DNA of 64,000 nucleotides, taken from an uncultured Verrucomicrobiae bacterium (GTDB lineage: Bacteria; Verrucomicrobiota; Verrucomicrobiia; Chthoniobacterales; UBA10450). Below, piece after piece: positions 1 to 10,073 of this stretch (the stretch's first letter is position 1; each line of letters begins with the position of its first letter). The position numbers and the translations under genes are program-made. Location: assembly GCA_963735805.1 (NCBI GenBank), contig CAVTMK010000002.1, positions 736,001 through 800,000 on the forward strand, written 5' to 3'. The notes under the pieces are model-generated. The model saw nothing but the letters and a program-made list of their open reading frames with translations, searched no databases and was not told the DNA's origin.

Positions 1-170
1 CCGCTGGTTCTAAAGAGCCTAACAAAACAAAGGTCGGCAAGGTCACGCGCAAGCAGGTCATGGACATCGTGAACACGAAGCGCAAAGACCTGAACGCGCG
101 CAACGACGAAGCCGCCTTCCGTATTATCGCCGGCACGGCCCGTCAAATGGGGCTGGAGATCGCCGATTAG
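1..170 (+). CDS. rplK: 50S ribosomal protein L11, C-terminal part (truncated by window)
   Basis: Own translation from nt 3: [55 protein letters not shown], the typical L11 C-terminus (IAGTARxMG). Not in the ORF track. Confidence 0.95.
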   Translation, partial: AGSKEPNKTKVGKVTRKQVMDIVNTKRKDLNARNDEAAFRIIAGTARQMGLEIAD

Positions 171-192
171 GGTTGGGAGACAGGCTAGCTGT

Positions 193-1848
193 CTATCTTC
201 CGCCTAAATACTCCCATTCTTGCAATGCAATTGGGACGTTGCCATTTTTCCAAACGAAATCGTGGAAGGCGCGGAGATTGAATTTTTCGCCCTGTTGTAG
301 GCGCGCGTCTGCGAGGAATTTCACAATTTGGAGTTTGCCAATCTGATATGTAATCGCCTGGCCGGGTCCCGTAGAGAAGGCGATGGCTTCCTGGAGGGCC
401 GTATCCGGGTCCATCGGAACTTTCTCCTGTAGATACCTGGCGGCTTGCTCAAGCGTGAATTCACCAAGCGCAAGTTTCACGTCCACCTCGACCCGAAGGG
501 CTCGTAGTCGCATAAAGTTGTAAATGATTTCGCGGGTGTGGGGGCTGTCATCGAACAAGCCGGCCTGCAACATCATTTCTTCGGCATAAAAGCCAATTCC
601 TTCATTCGCGCCAGAGTCATAGTAATGCCGCCGGATCGGGTCATCGTTTTTCCAGGAAAGGCACAGTTGAAAATAGTGACCGGGAATTCCTTCGTGCACT
701 GTGATCGGTCGCGGATCTTCTGCTGTCGCCTGCCAGAAGTAGCCGAGTTTCCCTGAAGGTTCAGTCACGTAACGGACGCAATTCTCATTTAAACGCGATG
801 GCGACGTGAAGTCGTCCATCTCGTCGAAACCCTGGATAGCGCGCAAATATTGCGGCATCTGGCGCAGGGTGTAATGCTGAACCCAATCGGGCACCGTAAG
901 GATGCCGCGCTCCTCGAGAAATTTCCGGATTTGAAGTTCTTTCTGCGCCGCGTCCTTGATCCAGTTGTCAACGGCATCTGCGATTTTCAGCGGTGGCACA
1001 TTCTTGTTTCTATTTTTCTCGAAGGTCTCGAATGCAACGGCACGGTCCAATTCTTGTTTGCCCATCGCTAGAAGGTTTTCAGGCGAATAGGGAACCAGCG
1101 CGACGTTCTTGAGAAAGAAAACGTACGCGTCGCGCCCAAGGGCGGTCTCATTCGGCAAAGACTGCAATTTCTGCTGAAGCTCTTGCCGGAATTTCTCAAG
1201 CGCGTCGGCCGCGCGATCGACTGCGCTGTTCAATTCCTGCTCTCTAAGAGTTGTGGATTTCAGCAAAGCGACCGCCATTTGATGCAGACGCGGCCGAATG
1301 TTTTCCAACGCTTGAATTGCCACGGTAGCAAACGGCGCCGGTGGCTTGTCCAGATTCTGGGTGCCTTGCTGCAAAATTGAAGGGATATTTTCGATGCGCG
1401 TGAGAATTTCCCGGCTGCGTGCTGCGTCGTATGGTCCAGGCACATTGAGCGCTTCGACTACTGCCGTGAGCGTTTGCCCGATGTAAAAATTCGGATCCCG
1501 TTTCCAGCGCGGGTTGATCTCGAGTTCCCACCGTACCCGTGCCAGGGCCGAACCGATCAGACGATAGTCAACCTGCTGCGATATTGGCCAACTGGTTGGA
1601 TCCAGTTTTTTCCAGCGACCTTCGAGTTCTGCGAGCTCCCTTCGTTGCTTATCGAAGCTGGCTCGCGACCAGTCGCGCGTTCCGTTCGGCCGCTCGATAC
1701 GGTTCACATCATCGCCGGTAAATGGCGCGTATTTCGCGCGCCAGGTCCAGAAATCGTGCGCCAGTGTGCCGAGCGAGTCCGTCTGTGGCCGGCTGTTTGC
1801 CGATAGCGCAAGGAAATTCAGCAAGAATATTAGGCAGAAATTCTTCAC
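193..1848 (-). CDS. DUF885 family secreted protein
   Basis: HEGIPGH, EGIGFYAEE and PGQAITYQIG motifs; GTG at 1848 opens a signal-peptide-like stretch (KNFCLIFLLNFLALSA). Confidence 0.85.
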   Translation of the reverse strand: MKNFCLIFLLNFLALSANSRPQTDSLGTLAHDFWTWRAKYAPFTGDDVNRIERPNGTRDWSRASFDKQRRELAELEGRWKKLDPTSWPISQQVDYRLIGSALARVRWELEINPRWKRDPNFYIGQTLTAVVEALNVPGPYDAARSREILTRIENIPSILQQGTQNLDKPPAPFATVAIQALENIRPRLHQMAVALLKSTTLREQELNSAVDRAADALEKFRQELQQKLQSLPNETALGRDAYVFFLKNVALVPYSPENLLAMGKQELDRAVAFETFEKNRNKNVPPLKIADAVDNWIKDAAQKELQIRKFLEERGILTVPDWVQHYTLRQMPQYLRAIQGFDEMDDFTSPSRLNENCVRYVTEPSGKLGYFWQATAEDPRPITVHEGIPGHYFQLCLSWKNDDPIRRHYYDSGANEGIGFYAEEMMLQAGLFDDSPHTREIIYNFMRLRALRVEVDVKLALGEFTLEQAARYLQEKVPMDPDTALQEAIAFSTGPGQAITYQIGKLQIVKFLADARLQQGEKFNLRAFHDFVWKNGNVPIALQEWEYLGGR

Positions 1849-1855
1849 GTTAGTT

Positions 1856-2863
1856 TCAATTCGAGCTCCGGCGCAACGTGATAACGTGAGGCTTTTTGTC
1901 GGTTCGATACATCGAGGCGCCGTAACAAAGCGCCGCGGATCGTTCGCGCGCATAACGAATCTTGTTCAGTTTTTCATCCCAATGTTCCATGTAAGAACAA
2001 TTCGCCGTCTTCTTGCTGCTGGAGATGGGGACATAACGATTTTCTGTGAACGTAAGAAACGAGGTTTCACCGGGAAGCGGGATCGGAGTCGCCCAATTTG
2101 GTGACAGCCGGACAAGTCGCGGGCCATTGAGGTCGAGCGCGAAAACTGTATCACCGTCCGTGCTGTTCAAATGCAGATCGAAAAATGCAAGGTGCAACGG
2201 TCCTTCGAAAAGGAAATGCTGATCTTTGTCCTGGCTGTCGTGTAGCAGGCCGAAGACGCCTTCAAATCCGGGCAACTGGCCAAATTCCTTTTCTGCTCCC
2301 GTTTTTAAATCGCGTAGCAAGTAATGTTTTCCATGACCCGGCCCATCAATCTGGTCATCTTCATCGCTGGGATCTTCCCGTAAGATCAATTCGACAGAAC
2401 CATCGGGCGATTTGTATGTGGGTATTGGTGTGGCGCTGGGAGGCGCAGATTCCTCGGGCGAAGCTGATGGGTTGGAAGATGCCGATTCCTCCGGTTCGAC
2501 GTTTGTGAAGTACGGTGAACTTTTTGCTGCGACATACCAATCCGGCGTAGCGTCCGATTTTTTTAATGTTTTTCCTAGAGGATCAACGCTCCAAAATTCG
2601 CGAACGCCATCAGATTTTTCACGGGTGAAAACGATGCTTGCGCCATCCGGCGCGAAAATCGGAGCGGAGTCCTGTCCAGAGTTATCATTCGTTAATTGCC
2701 GCAGCAGCTTTCCATCTTCGCGATATAAAAAGAGATGCGAATGACTGGTCCCTTCAGCCTGCAAGTAGCGAATTGCGATGACAATCTCCGCGTCAGCATG
2801 CGCCGTCATCGCTGCTAGCGAGAAGATTCCTGTGACAATTAATGTTCGAACTATCGAGATCAT
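1856..2863 (-). CDS. Secreted protein with TolB/PD40-like repeat
   Basis: Signal peptide MISIVRTLIVTGIFSLAAMTAHA; RQLTNDNSGQDSAPIFAPDGASIVF repeat; start overlaps the upstream gene's stop (ATGA). Confidence 0.65.
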   Translation of the reverse strand: MISIVRTLIVTGIFSLAAMTAHADAEIVIAIRYLQAEGTSHSHLFLYREDGKLLRQLTNDNSGQDSAPIFAPDGASIVFTREKSDGVREFWSVDPLGKTLKKSDATPDWYVAAKSSPYFTNVEPEESASSNPSASPEESAPPSATPIPTYKSPDGSVELILREDPSDEDDQIDGPGHGKHYLLRDLKTGAEKEFGQLPGFEGVFGLLHDSQDKDQHFLFEGPLHLAFFDLHLNSTDGDTVFALDLNGPRLVRLSPNWATPIPLPGETSFLTFTENRYVPISSSKKTANCSYMEHWDEKLNKIRYARERSAALCYGASMYRTDKKPHVITLRRSSN

Positions 2864-4710
2864 CGTAGCGGAAGTTGAATCGTCCTCGGATGGGTCGCGT
2901 CGTGATACACCTGCACGTGGCAGGTGCGCGCGTCTTTTGCCGTTTCTTCCGCAACCACTCCGCCTGAGCAATAGTTCTTTTGCCACTGAGTGGAGTTTGG
3001 CGATGACACGACCAGACGAAGCCGGCTTCCCTTCATTAATCGGCGAGCGACAAACAACCCTGGATTGAAATCGCAGCGTACTATTTCGCCCGGCTTTACC
3101 AGGTTCGCCTGGCGCAGCGAGTCGCGATAACGCAAACGGCGAACATCGCTCCAAAGGATGATGCTCGTTCCGTCCGGCTGGATTTCGTACAAATGGGCGG
3201 AAAGATCGACATCGGGTGTGTCGATCGATAACCACAGTGTAACCGCTGGGCAGCCAACAAACGGAGTTTCGTTTGACAGCGCATCGGTGTGATACACCAA
3301 ACCATCCTGACCGATACTCAATGGATATGTTTGGTCGATACCGGCGGTCTTTTCATTGGGATCAATTCCGTCCACTGTTTCGCCACGCGTGGTGTCCAGC
3401 GGATCGTAAATGAAAGTGTCGACACCATTGCCCGTTGGCTTTTCGGTCAATGTGCCTGAGCGAAAGACGCCATTCGCATCGCCGTTCTTTGAATTCAGGT
3501 AAAAAGCTTTGGGATTCGCGACAAGGCGTTCGTAATTGTCCGCGTATTTCCACTCGCCGTTGGCGCCACTGTTCCCGGGCGCGAGCAAGTAGTATGCGAC
3601 CTGATTCTTGAGAAATTCCGGTCTGGGGCCGTCTTTCATCGTCCAGTCGTACCATTGTCGATGCAGGTCATTCAGATCGATAACGGCCCCATGCCCGAAC
3701 TTTACGCCCGCGACTTCAGCCGTCGGGGTGCGTGTGCCCGCGTGGTCCCAAGGACCGATGATCAAAAAATGCTTCGCACGCGCGTCCGGAGAGGCGTTTG
3801 CGAGATGGTCCCGGTAATATGACAGGGCGCCAAGTTCATCACCATCGTATTGGGCGGTGATTGTTAAGATAGGCAGCGTAATCTTCTGGAACTGTTCTGG
3901 CGCGGGTAACATGGCGTCGTAGTACGAATCCATTGTTGGATGCTTGACGATGCGCTGAAAATTGACGGAGGGATTTCCGACAAACGAGTCCAGTGATTTA
4001 AAAGGGGTGTGTTTCTTATAAGCGTCGAGGAACTTGGTTCGCCAAAATTTCTGATCAGCAAAGAGATTGTTCTGTCCAGTGCGGCCACTTGTGAAAGTGA
4101 ACCACTGCACGTCGTAGGTTAGGCCAACATTTTCGGACGACGGATAATCGAGGCCCGGATGAGCGGCTGCGGCGGGAACAATCGTAGCGAGATGCGGCGG
4201 GAATTCTTTCGCTGTCGCCCATTGATCGAACCCAGCGTAGGAACCGCCCCACATTGCAACCTTGCCATCGCAAAACGGCTGGCGCGCCAGCCATTCGACC
4301 ACGTCGTGTCCATCCCGCGGCTCGTTTGCAAACGGCTCGAATTCGCCCCCGGAATTTCCGCGACCGCGTACATCGACCAGTGCAAAGGCGTAACCGTGAG
4401 ACGCGAAATAGGCGGCCCGCTCATGATACGTATCGGAAATATAAGGTGTCAGGGTGAAGATCACCGGCGTCTTAGGCAGCGATCCATTCGGCGTTTTTGG
4501 CAAATACAGCGTCGCGTTCAACTCGACCTTGTCGCGCATGGGAATCTTTATGCCCCAGCGGAGATCGTAATCAGCACGTGCCGGCGAGGGCGATGGCGTA
4601 GGAGTTGAAGTTTGCGCAATGATGTTTGCGGGGAGTGCCAGGCAGGGTGCCACAGCGAAGATCAGCCCCAAAATAATCGAGACTCGCGGAACATTTCGGC
4701 GTTTCATCAT
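2860..4710 (-). CDS. CocE/NonD family serine hydrolase (peptidase S15-like), secreted
   Basis: VDVRGRGNSGG, GGSYAG nucleophile motif, GPWDH, C-terminal jelly-roll region; signal peptide after MMKRR. Confidence 0.9.
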   Translation of the reverse strand: MMKRRNVPRVSIILGLIFAVAPCLALPANIIAQTSTPTPSPSPARADYDLRWGIKIPMRDKVELNATLYLPKTPNGSLPKTPVIFTLTPYISDTYHERAAYFASHGYAFALVDVRGRGNSGGEFEPFANEPRDGHDVVEWLARQPFCDGKVAMWGGSYAGFDQWATAKEFPPHLATIVPAAAAHPGLDYPSSENVGLTYDVQWFTFTSGRTGQNNLFADQKFWRTKFLDAYKKHTPFKSLDSFVGNPSVNFQRIVKHPTMDSYYDAMLPAPEQFQKITLPILTITAQYDGDELGALSYYRDHLANASPDARAKHFLIIGPWDHAGTRTPTAEVAGVKFGHGAVIDLNDLHRQWYDWTMKDGPRPEFLKNQVAYYLLAPGNSGANGEWKYADNYERLVANPKAFYLNSKNGDANGVFRSGTLTEKPTGNGVDTFIYDPLDTTRGETVDGIDPNEKTAGIDQTYPLSIGQDGLVYHTDALSNETPFVGCPAVTLWLSIDTPDVDLSAHLYEIQPDGTSIILWSDVRRLRYRDSLRQANLVKPGEIVRCDFNPGLFVARRLMKGSRLRLVVSSPNSTQWQKNYCSGGVVAEETAKDARTCHVQVYHDATHPRTIQLPLR

Positions 4711-4908
4711 GCGCGATTGAAGCGAAGAAAGCGCGGGATACAAGAAACTTGAATCAGGTGACTGAGTTCTCGGTTGATCGGCCGATGGTCGATCTCGCGG
4801 GTATGTGCGGATCATCGTTTGCAGGAAAGCGAGTTTACGAGACGATAGGCAATGGCTCGCGGGCTTTCGAAGAACACTCCGCTGCACAAAACGAAAACCG
4901 AGGTCAGC

Positions 4909-7023
4909 ATGACTGCTCAGACTTCAGACGCAAAAGCGGATCGCAAGACCGGTGTTGGACCGGTTCGTTGGACTCGCGTCGAGACACTCTGCTCTGGCGT
5001 CGTGTTTCTCGTGGCGCTAATGCTTTATAGCTGGACGCTAGCGCCTACGGTTACCTTGACCGATAGCGGCGAGCTAATTGTGGTCGCTCAGGGCCTGGGA
5101 GTTGCACATCCACCGGGCGTTCCGTTGTGGATTATTCTCGCTCACCTTGCATCGCTTGTGCCTTTCGGAAACGTGGCGCAACGCATCAATTTCTCGTCCG
5201 CGCTTTTTGGGGCGATCGCCTGTGCGATGCTGACTATGGCAGTCGTCGAGTTAATGATTACGGCTTCATTTCTTGCCGGAGCGAGGCGAGCGAAGAAAGG
5301 CGTTAAACCGATCAAGAGCATCGAGGACTCCAGTATCGCGCGGTTGTCGGTGGTTGCGCCTGCGCTCGGTGCCGGGTTGCTAATGGCGTTTTCCCGCACG
5401 CTTTGGTCTTATGCCACGATCACTGAGGTGTATGCTCTAAATACGCTGCTCATCACCATTATCTTTTTTCTGATGCTTAGGTGGCGGCGCTTCATCATTG
5501 CGGACAGGATGGATAACGGCGCGGCGACGAGTGCAAATCAAGCCGTTTTGCCGAACACGAATCATGACCCGTTGCTTTATGCGGCGGCGTTCGTATTTGG
5601 CCTCGCATTGGGCGTTCATCACGTAACCGTCGCCCTGACGCTCCCGGCCATCGCAGTCGTCGTTTATCGAACGCAAGGCGTGAGATTCTTTGTGACCAGC
5701 CGACTGGTTTATGCCGCCTTGATTTCAATTGGCGCTCTCGTCGCCATTTATGCCTACCTGCCATTTGCGGCGTCGCACTCGCCTCTGATTAACTGGGGCC
5801 ACCCGCGTTCGCTGCAGGAAATATGGTGGCACATCACGGGCCGACAGTATCAGGTTTATTTCTCCTTTACGCCCGCAATCATCGGAAAACAGTTCGCCGA
5901 GTTCTGTCAGATGGCCTTGCGCGAGTTTGGCTTTTTCTGGCTTCCATTGGCGCTTGTCCTGGCTTTCGCGGGGTGCGTATACGCTTTTAAGCGAGATCGC
6001 ACCACTTTCTGGTTTCTTTCGACAATCGTGATCGCTGATTTGGCGTACGCCCTCAACTATGAGATCGCGGAGGACAAAGATGCCTACTATCTGCCCACAT
6101 TCATTTCGATTGCGATTGCCGCGGGAGTCGGCGTTCGCTGGTTGATGAGGAGTGCCGTGTCCAAATCTTCAGTGGTTGTGAAACCGCCTTTGGTAGCGGC
6201 AACTGCCCTCGTGCTCGCTTGCGCGACGGCCGTCAGCGCAAATTGGCCGTTCAATAATCGCAGGAATTACTTTATCGCCCATGATTACGTGGAAAATCTG
6301 TTCAAGTCGATCGAACGGAATGGTCTCCTGCTTACGCTGGATTGGCAGGTTGCGTCGCCGATATTCTATGCCCAAACGATAGAGCAGCGTCGCCGCGATG
6401 TTAAAGTTGTCGACATCAATCTCCTACGCCGCTCGTGGTATTTCGATTATTTGAAAGACGCTTATCCCGGCCTGGTGCAGCGGTCGCGCGAGAGGATTGA
6501 TGTGTTTGTTCGGATCCTTAAAGAATGGGAGGCTGATCCTGGCGTGTTTGCGAGAAGCCCGGCGCTCACTCTAAGGATTAGCACGTCGTTTTTAGAGATG
6601 ATCCAATCGATGGTGACTAACGAAAGTACGGTCGCGCCAGTTTATATGACGAGCGATTTGCTTTCTTCGGATTCAGTCAACGGCGAGCTGACGAGATGGC
6701 TCACTCAAAAATATCAGCTCGTTCCGCAGGGGCTTGTTTTTGGTCTCGTGGACGATCGGAGTTTTCGCGATTCACCCGACGTGGATCTTCAGACTCGCGG
6801 GCTGGCTGACGGGACACTTCGATTTGAGAAGGATGATGTCGTGAAAATCAAGATATTGCCTGCGTACACGCGAATGCTGACGAATCGCGGACGGTATCTC
6901 GAGTTATTCAATCAGCACGATCGCGCCGCAGCAGCATTTAGGGAGGCCCTCGCACTCGATCCGGAGCTCGCCCCGGCGCAACAGGGATTGGCGGATAGCA
7001 CGGCGAAACTGCTCAATCGGTAG
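4909..7023 (+). CDS. DUF2723 / TMEM260-like membrane glycosyltransferase with C-terminal TPR
   Basis: TLAPTVTLTDSGEL..LGVAHPPG, WSYATITEVY motifs, many TM segments, TPR-like tail. Confidence 0.85.
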   Translation: MTAQTSDAKADRKTGVGPVRWTRVETLCSGVVFLVALMLYSWTLAPTVTLTDSGELIVVAQGLGVAHPPGVPLWIILAHLASLVPFGNVAQRINFSSALFGAIACAMLTMAVVELMITASFLAGARRAKKGVKPIKSIEDSSIARLSVVAPALGAGLLMAFSRTLWSYATITEVYALNTLLITIIFFLMLRWRRFIIADRMDNGAATSANQAVLPNTNHDPLLYAAAFVFGLALGVHHVTVALTLPAIAVVVYRTQGVRFFVTSRLVYAALISIGALVAIYAYLPFAASHSPLINWGHPRSLQEIWWHITGRQYQVYFSFTPAIIGKQFAEFCQMALREFGFFWLPLALVLAFAGCVYAFKRDRTTFWFLSTIVIADLAYALNYEIAEDKDAYYLPTFISIAIAAGVGVRWLMRSAVSKSSVVVKPPLVAATALVLACATAVSANWPFNNRRNYFIAHDYVENLFKSIERNGLLLTLDWQVASPIFYAQTIEQRRRDVKVVDINLLRRSWYFDYLKDAYPGLVQRSRERIDVFVRILKEWEADPGVFARSPALTLRISTSFLEMIQSMVTNESTVAPVYMTSDLLSSDSVNGELTRWLTQKYQLVPQGLVFGLVDDRSFRDSPDVDLQTRGLADGTLRFEKDDVVKIKILPAYTRMLTNRGRYLELFNQHDRAAAAFREALALDPELAPAQQGLADSTAKLLNR

Positions 7024-7169
7024 CAGGTCGCAAAGATCCGAAGGTCGAATGTGCTAAACGACGATTCCTAAATGCGTATGCAGATCATCTTTCGTTGGTT
7101 GCTGATTCGGATTTTTCCATTTTACGACGCCAGCCTTGCTTTGGTTACACAGAGTCTCTATATCGCAGG

Positions 7170-8564
7170 ATGAACGTCCCACCTTGTTGCCGATTTTGGG
7201 CGCGGCCTTGGCTAGCGATCCTTGCGCTTGCCCTTTGCGCAATACCGGTTCACGCGAACGAACAACTGCTAGCCGTCAAAGCGGAACGCTTGTTCGATGG
7301 GAAATCAAAAACACTCCTGCATAACGGTGTTGTCCTCATCCAAGGCGATAAGATTGCAGACGTTGGCAGCAATCTGGTGATTCCCAGCAATGCGCAGGTG
7401 ATCGACCTTGGCGACGCTACGCTGGCACCGGGATTCATGGACGCGCATACGCACCTCACGCTCGACTACTCAGGCGACTACAGTCTACGCCGACTGGACG
7501 AGCTGGATCTTAACGTTTCCGAGCAAGCGATCCGAGCGACAACCTTCGCGCGAGCGACAATCGAGGCAGGCTTCACTACCGTGCGCGATTTGGGAAGCCG
7601 CTTCGTCGGCAGCCGCGAATTTGTCGATGTGGCATTGCGCAATTCGATTAACAAAGGGCTGGTCGTCGGCCCGCGAATGCTTGTGGCGACTAAAGGCATC
7701 GGCGCTACAGGCGGTCACTTCGACCCGACCAACGGGTTCCGCGATTTCCTTTTTGGCGGTGAACCGGATTACACCGATGGCATTGCGGACGGCCCGGATG
7801 AAATCCGCAAGGCGGTTCGCTTTGAAGTAAAGAATGGCGCCGATGTGATCAAGGCCGCCGTATCTGGAGGCGTTCTTTCCCTGACCGACGAAGTGGACAC
7901 CCCGCAGTTTACGCCCGAGGAAATGGCCGCGTTGGTCGATGAATCACACCGGCTGCGCAAAAAAGTGGCGGTGCATTGCCATGGAGATCAGGCCGCCCGC
8001 GAAGCGATCGAGGCGGGCGTTGACTCAATCGAGCACGGCTCCTTCATGAAATCGGAAACGCTCGGCCGGATGAAAACGAAAGGCACCTTTCTTACACCCA
8101 CGCTGATGGCAACGGAATGGATCATGGGCAAACTGGAAAATTATCCGCCGACTTTGCAGGCCAAAGCCAAAGCCGCTGCAGCCGCCCGTTCCGAGATGTT
8201 TCGCAACGCTGTCAAAATGGGCGTGAAGATTTCCTTTGGAACCGATGCGGCGGTTTATCCTCACGGCCAAAACGCGAAGGAGTTTAAATTAATGCTCGAT
8301 CTCGGAATGACAGCGATTGATGCCTTGAAATCGGCCACCGCAAATGACGCCGAACTTTTGGGGATTGCCCAAAAAGTTGGCACGTTGGAGAAGGGAAAAC
8401 TCGCGGATGTTATCGCGATGCCCGGAGATCCAACTGTAGATATTACTGCTACCGAGCGCGTCTTCTTCGTCATGAAGGAAGGAAAGGTTATCAGGAAGGG
8501 ACCGCCGATTGTGCAAGGCGCTGCCAAAGCAATCGAGTCGGCAGAAGGGGCGCCTGTGGATTAA
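7170..8564 (+). CDS. Amidohydrolase family protein (Xaa-Pro dipeptidase-like)
   Basis: PGFMDAHTH, GADVIK, AVHCHG, SIEHG, GTDA, GKLADVI motifs. Confidence 0.9.
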   Translation: MNVPPCCRFWARPWLAILALALCAIPVHANEQLLAVKAERLFDGKSKTLLHNGVVLIQGDKIADVGSNLVIPSNAQVIDLGDATLAPGFMDAHTHLTLDYSGDYSLRRLDELDLNVSEQAIRATTFARATIEAGFTTVRDLGSRFVGSREFVDVALRNSINKGLVVGPRMLVATKGIGATGGHFDPTNGFRDFLFGGEPDYTDGIADGPDEIRKAVRFEVKNGADVIKAAVSGGVLSLTDEVDTPQFTPEEMAALVDESHRLRKKVAVHCHGDQAAREAIEAGVDSIEHGSFMKSETLGRMKTKGTFLTPTLMATEWIMGKLENYPPTLQAKAKAAAAARSEMFRNAVKMGVKISFGTDAAVYPHGQNAKEFKLMLDLGMTAIDALKSATANDAELLGIAQKVGTLEKGKLADVIAMPGDPTVDITATERVFFVMKEGKVIRKGPPIVQGAAKAIESAEGAPVD

Positions 8565-8591
8565 TTGCCTACTGTTGCGTTGAAGTTGATT

Positions 8592-8619
8592 TTGACAACG
8601 CGAAGATAACCACTAGATT
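8592..8619 (+). promoter_or_regulatory. Sigma70-type promoter for rplA
   Basis: TTGACA-16 nt-TAGATT about 100 nt upstream of rplA. Confidence 0.6.
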
Positions 8620-8663
8620 TCGCGTCCTCCGTTCGCTTGATGCGAACCGGACGACAATTTTAA

Positions 8664-8707
8664 GCAGGAGCCTCAATATCTGTAAGAGACCGGGGCGGTA
8701 GGACTGC
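8664..8707 (+). promoter_or_regulatory. Putative L1-binding autoregulatory leader
   Basis: GCAG-GAG-CC...GG-CGGTAGGA-CTGC: stem with asymmetric purine-rich internal loop ending 8 nt before the rplA ATG, resembling L1 mRNA sites. Confidence 0.55.
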
Positions 8708-8715
8708 ACATCAAC

Positions 8716-9417
8716 ATGCAAAGAAATCGAAGCAAACGCTATCGCGCTGCGGCGCAAAAACTGGACCGGACGAAGGCGCACACTCTCGCGGACGCCATTT
8801 CGACATTAAAGAAGTTTCCGCCGACGAAGTTTGATCAAACTGTAACGGTGTCGTTCCGGCTCGGCGTCGATCCGAAGCAATCCGATCAGATGGTTCGGGG
8901 TACTTGTCCGCTTCCGCATGGCAGTGGAAAAAAAGTGCGGGTGCTGGTTTTTGCCGAGGGTGAGGCCGCGCAGGCAGCCAGAGATGCGGGCGCGGAGTTT
9001 GTTGGTATGAAAGATCTAATCCAGAAATGCCAGGAAGGTTTCCAGGATTTTGATGTCGCCGTCGCTACGCCGGCGGCGATGGCCGAAGTGCGCAAGTTGG
9101 GGAAGGTCCTCGGGCCGCGCGGACTGATGCCAAATCCCCGCACCGGTACAGTAACGGACGACACCGCCAAGGCCGTGCAGGAAGTGAAAGCAGGCCGCGT
9201 GGAGTTTAAGCTGGATAAAAATGGCAACGTAGCGGTGCCTGTTGGGAAATTTTCGTTTGAAGAAAATGCTCTGTTGGAAAACGGAAGCGCAGTAATCGAG
9301 GCAGTCGTTCGAGCTCGTCCCGCCTCAGCGAAAGGGAGATACCTTGAAGGCATGACAATCAGTGCGACGATGTCCCCCGGGGTTCGGGTTGATCCAGCGC
9401 CGTATTTAAATGTTTAG
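8716..9417 (+). CDS. rplA: 50S ribosomal protein L1
   Basis: KFDQTV, LGVDPKQSDQMVRG, LGPRGLMPNP motifs. Confidence 0.99.
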   Translation: MQRNRSKRYRAAAQKLDRTKAHTLADAISTLKKFPPTKFDQTVTVSFRLGVDPKQSDQMVRGTCPLPHGSGKKVRVLVFAEGEAAQAARDAGAEFVGMKDLIQKCQEGFQDFDVAVATPAAMAEVRKLGKVLGPRGLMPNPRTGTVTDDTAKAVQEVKAGRVEFKLDKNGNVAVPVGKFSFEENALLENGSAVIEAVVRARPASAKGRYLEGMTISATMSPGVRVDPAPYLNV

Positions 9418-9444
9418 TCCTAGAGCCTCAATACCGAAAATAGA

Positions 9445-9978
9445 ATGAGACCAGAAAAAGCCAGCATCGTTTCCGATCTTACCGACAAGCTGAAGCGTTC
9501 GCCCTTTGTGCTTGTGACCGACTACAAGCTCATGAAGGTCGGCGATTTTAGTGAATTGCGGACCCGGCTGGCGTCAACAGGCGCGGAAGTGCACGTCGTG
9601 AAGAATAATTTTCTCAAACGCGCCATGACTGATTCCGGGTTTCCTGATGCTGGTGAGAAGCTGATTGGTCAGACAGCCGTTGTGACTGGCGAGAAGGACG
9701 TGGCGCCCGTGGCCAAGATTTTCAAGACGTTTGCCGCCGAATTCAAAATCGCAACGCTAAAGATTGGCTTCGTTGACCGCGCCATTCTTTCTGCTGCAGA
9801 ATTGGAAAAATTGGCGGACCTGCCCGCGCGCGAAGTGTTGCAGGCGCAATTGCTGGGATTGTTCTTGTCTCCTGCAACGCGCTTGGTGCGCTTGCTGAAT
9901 GAACCAGGCTCCGCGTTGGCACGGCTATTGAAAGCGAAGGCAGAAAAGGAGGGCACAGCCCCACAACCGACTGCGTAA
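9445..9978 (+). CDS. rplJ: 50S ribosomal protein L10
   Basis: VVKNN, LADLPAREVL motifs; position after rplA. Confidence 0.97.
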   Translation: MRPEKASIVSDLTDKLKRSPFVLVTDYKLMKVGDFSELRTRLASTGAEVHVVKNNFLKRAMTDSGFPDAGEKLIGQTAVVTGEKDVAPVAKIFKTFAAEFKIATLKIGFVDRAILSAAELEKLADLPAREVLQAQLLGLFLSPATRLVRLLNEPGSALARLLKAKAEKEGTAPQPTA

Positions 9979-10055
9979 GAAAGTTTTTCCGCTCGCAATG
10001 GCGGGTTGGGAAGTAAAACAGAAACTGTCCGGGCCAGTGGCTATTGGCCTTAATT

Positions 10056-10073
10056 TTCCGAAGGCTTTCGGAG
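10056..10073. repeat. 18-bp palindromic hairpin, near-copy of the tRNA-associated palindrome
   Basis: TTCCGAAGGCTTTCGGAG, 16/18 identical to CTCCGAAAGCTTTCGGAG at 62010-62027. Confidence 0.6.
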
